Positions 17,835 through 20,000 of a stretch of DNA of 20,000 bases are shown here, piece after piece. A model generated the notes under the pieces. It was not told the DNA's origin, ran no database searches, and was given only the letters and a program-made list of their open reading frames with translations. Positions within the stretch are counted from its first letter, which is position 1, and every line of letters starts with the position of its first letter. Both the position numbers and the translations under genes were made by a program. This DNA is from an uncultured virus (IMG/VR IMGVR_UViG_3300025804_000224) (Duplodnaviria; Heunggongvirae; Uroviricota; Caudoviricetes), in the IMG/VR virus record IMGVR_UViG_3300025804_000224; one strand, written 5' to 3'.

Positions 17835-18716
17835 TCATTTATTTCTAGATTTACTCAATTCATATGGGTCAAACTTAATAAACTTAGACTTATCCTTAGT
17901 ATATCTATAAAATCCACCTCCATTTACGTATAGATATCCTAATTCCTTAAGTTCATTAAGTAGATATTCAGAGTACTCCATATCATATTCATCATGTATC
18001 TGACCTTCATGAATGTGATAGTTAGTGAGATTAGTACAGAGTGCACCAATTCTATAAGGAGTTAATGGATGCTCCTTATTAAACTTAGATACCTCTATTG
18101 TACATAGAGTATCCTCAGGTACTGCATTCGACTTAAATACTAGGTCACCTGAGACATATAGAGTATACAGGAATCTAGCTATGTCATATCCAAACATAAA
18201 TCCCCATATAGTTTGAATATCAGTAGTGATATACCTACGCTGAGATATAAACTTATTTAAGTCCCAAGTCCATGTATTCCACATAGGATGACTCTTAGGT
18301 ACATTATATCCAAATGCAAGTAAGTCACAGTCGAATTTATCTGAGTTAACTATAGCCTTAAATGCATTAGTATCATATATAGTATCATCTGAGTCAATTT
18401 CATAAAACATATATTCATGAGTCCAAGGATTATTAATGATAAATCTATACCACTCCATTCGAGCTGGACCCATCCATAACTGTTTAGGATAGGGAAGTAT
18501 TATCAAGTCATCACCTACTGGAGATGAGGCAAGTTCATCTATCCAGTTAATTGAATCCTTATTTAGATTATCTGTATTAGAGATTAGTAATACCCATTTA
18601 ACATTACCTTTATTCTCTAATACTACCTTACTTATTGACTTAATAGTATCCTCAGATTCATCCCAGGTACCATCTGACCTTACGTAACTTCTATTTAAGA
18701 TAATTACCTTATTCAT
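17835..18716 (-). CDS. Glycosyltransferase, GT-A fold, family 2-like
   Basis: GT2 motif order is preserved: TIKSI, WVLLISN, MGPARM (cf. G..ARN), FYEIDSDD (DxD, aa 108-111), CDLLAFGY, IWGFMF, PEDTL (ED motif) and YHIHEGQ. Confidence 0.75.
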   Translation of the reverse strand: MNKVIILNRSYVRSDGTWDESEDTIKSISKVVLENKGNVKWVLLISNTDNLNKDSINWIDELASSPVGDDLIILPYPKQLWMGPARMEWYRFIINNPWTHEYMFYEIDSDDTIYDTNAFKAIVNSDKFDCDLLAFGYNVPKSHPMWNTWTWDLNKFISQRRYITTDIQTIWGFMFGYDIARFLYTLYVSGDLVFKSNAVPEDTLCTIEVSKFNKEHPLTPYRIGALCTNLTNYHIHEGQIHDEYDMEYSEYLLNELKELGYLYVNGGGFYRYTKDKSKFIKFDPYELSKSRNK

Positions 18717-18720
18717 AATA

Positions 18721-19626
18721 TTAACTTATTTGCACCCATCTACCTGAGTTTACACCTAACTCAGTAGAGGTAGGGGAGTTATATCTAATCTCTCCCGTAA
18801 CCTTCAATCTGGTATCCTTAAGTAGCTCATCAGGAATATCCTGACTAACATACTCTTCATATGACTTATATTGAATTCTAATCATATTAGAAATTATCAT
18901 TCCTACCTTGAACTTAACTTCATAATGATGACTATCATTCCATGTATTAATAGTTCTAGCTAAGTAACATTCATAATACTTATCTGATATGTCACCTATC
19001 TTAAATATAGGCAATAACTTAGACTCCATTAAGGTATTAAATAACTTAAGTACCTTATATGAGTACATGAACTGGAACTTAGGTGAGCTATACTTTAGTA
19101 AGTAATCCTTACTTATTCTAACACTACTAGATGAGGTAGAATAAGTATTATTCTTAGTCCAACTAAACTTACCCATTGATGGAGTTAATCTATCTGATTG
19201 TACTCCATATGAGAGTAAGTCACTATTAATGAATGTATGACCATAGATCACTAGAGATACTACATTAAGGAACTTAGTAATCTCCCAATTAGGTCTCAAG
19301 TCTAGAAAGTAAGATTTATCTGATATATCACCTTTCTCTACTTTATCAGTTACGAACTTATATAGTACAGCTCTACCTTGAGATTCACTCAACTCCGAGT
19401 CTGAAGTAATCATCTCTGAACTCTCAGTAGACCTAAATACATAAGTCTTACTCTTATCCACATTAGATAGTCCACTTACCAATACAATCCAATGAACTTT
19501 TGACCTATCGGATTCTTTAACGAATGATTTAAGTAACTTTCTGAATGATTTCTCAGTCTTCTTACTTAAATCCCAATTCCCATCTTTATCTATATGGGAG
19601 TGAGTTAGGAATATTAATGAATTCAT
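18721..19626 (-). CDS. Degenerate GT2-like paralogue of 17835..18716 lacking DxD/ED motifs
   Basis: Motif pairs (this ORF / 17835): DGNWDLSKKTEKSF / DGTWDESEDTIKSI; VHWIVLVS / VKWVLLIS; SQGR / GPAR; FLDLRPNW / FYEIDSDD; DLLSYG / DLLAFG; WNDSH..FKVG / FNKEH..YRIG. Confidence 0.6.
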   Translation of the reverse strand: MNSLIFLTHSHIDKDGNWDLSKKTEKSFRKLLKSFVKESDRSKVHWIVLVSGLSNVDKSKTYVFRSTESSEMITSDSELSESQGRAVLYKFVTDKVEKGDISDKSYFLDLRPNWEITKFLNVVSLVIYGHTFINSDLLSYGVQSDRLTPSMGKFSWTKNNTYSTSSSSVRISKDYLLKYSSPKFQFMYSYKVLKLFNTLMESKLLPIFKIGDISDKYYECYLARTINTWNDSHHYEVKFKVGMIISNMIRIQYKSYEEYVSQDIPDELLKDTRLKVTGEIRYNSPTSTELGVNSGRWVQIS

Positions 19627-19660
19627 ATATAAATTATTTAACTAGTTATCAAAATAAGCT

Positions 19661-19845
19661 TGACCTATACTCACGTACCAGTCAAGTGACGTATCACAAT
19701 TTATAACGTTAACTATTGAGTTCCTTTTATCTCCTTTCACCTTAAAGGTTTAAAGGTCCAATAAAGGCTCTAATACAAAGATATAATACAACACTAATCT
19801 CATTCGAGATTAGCTATGCCAATATTAAGGTCTCATAATAGGTCA
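19661..19845 (-). ncRNA. Candidate structured RNA or 5' leader upstream of the glycosylation operon
   Basis: Closing helix TGACCTAT (19661-19668) / ATAGGTCA (19838-19845). Internal hairpin CTAATCTC/GAGATTAG (19794-19813). Long nested imperfect stem at about 19704-19775. No family recognised. Confidence 0.35.
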
Positions 19846-20000
19846 GTTTATTAAAGTTTAATTCTATTTAAATTATAATATTTATTAAATCTAAGTTATA
19901 ATTAACTTATAATATCTTATCTTTAATTTAAAGTTTAATTTAATTTTAAATTAGAATATAATACTAACTTTATTTTAACTTTAATTTTATTTAAAATTAG
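19846..20000. other. Extremely AT-rich non-coding tract, probable promoter region
   Basis: Almost only A/T, no ORF, upstream of the minus-strand operon. No specific promoter consensus could be assigned. Confidence 0.45.

Noticed and set aside
1..19626. Frequent TGACTCA/TGAGTCA and AGCT words as regulatory sites
   Set aside because: They occur throughout coding sequence and are adequately explained by preferred codon pairs (GAC/GAG-TCA, NNA-GCT). Enrichment was not computed.
19846..20000. Replication origin
   Set aside because: AT-richness alone is insufficient; I saw no iterons or adjacent replication gene, and the region is cut by the window edge.

Overview
AT-rich window that reads as part of a large tailed-phage genome. 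The host is probably in the Bacteroidetes (inferred from AT-rich start contexts without Shine-Dalgarno sequences); TAA, TGA and TAG all act as stops, consistent with code 11. The + strand (1-15107) is a tail fibre/spike/receptor-binding cluster: several mosaic, repeat-built fibre proteins, four of which share a ~45-aa N-terminal 'P(S/P)DVF(S/T)TMKxAFDL' module. Directly after the 1352-aa fibre lie three small paralogues with a conserved N-terminus and unrelated C-termini. The first (10037-10470) is missing from the ORF track because it is out of frame at a G6 run, while its paralogue at 11042 is in frame with G7 at the same position. This looks like a poly-G phase-variable (contingency-locus) cassette of putative fibre-tip adhesins and is the most notable feature. 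The - strand (15183-19626) is a convergent operon with a UDP-glucuronate decarboxylase (UDP-xylose synthase), one intact GT2-like glycosyltransferase and two degenerate GT-like paralogues, preceded by a potentially structured ~185-nt non-coding leader. All calls come from reading motifs by eye; no database searches were run.
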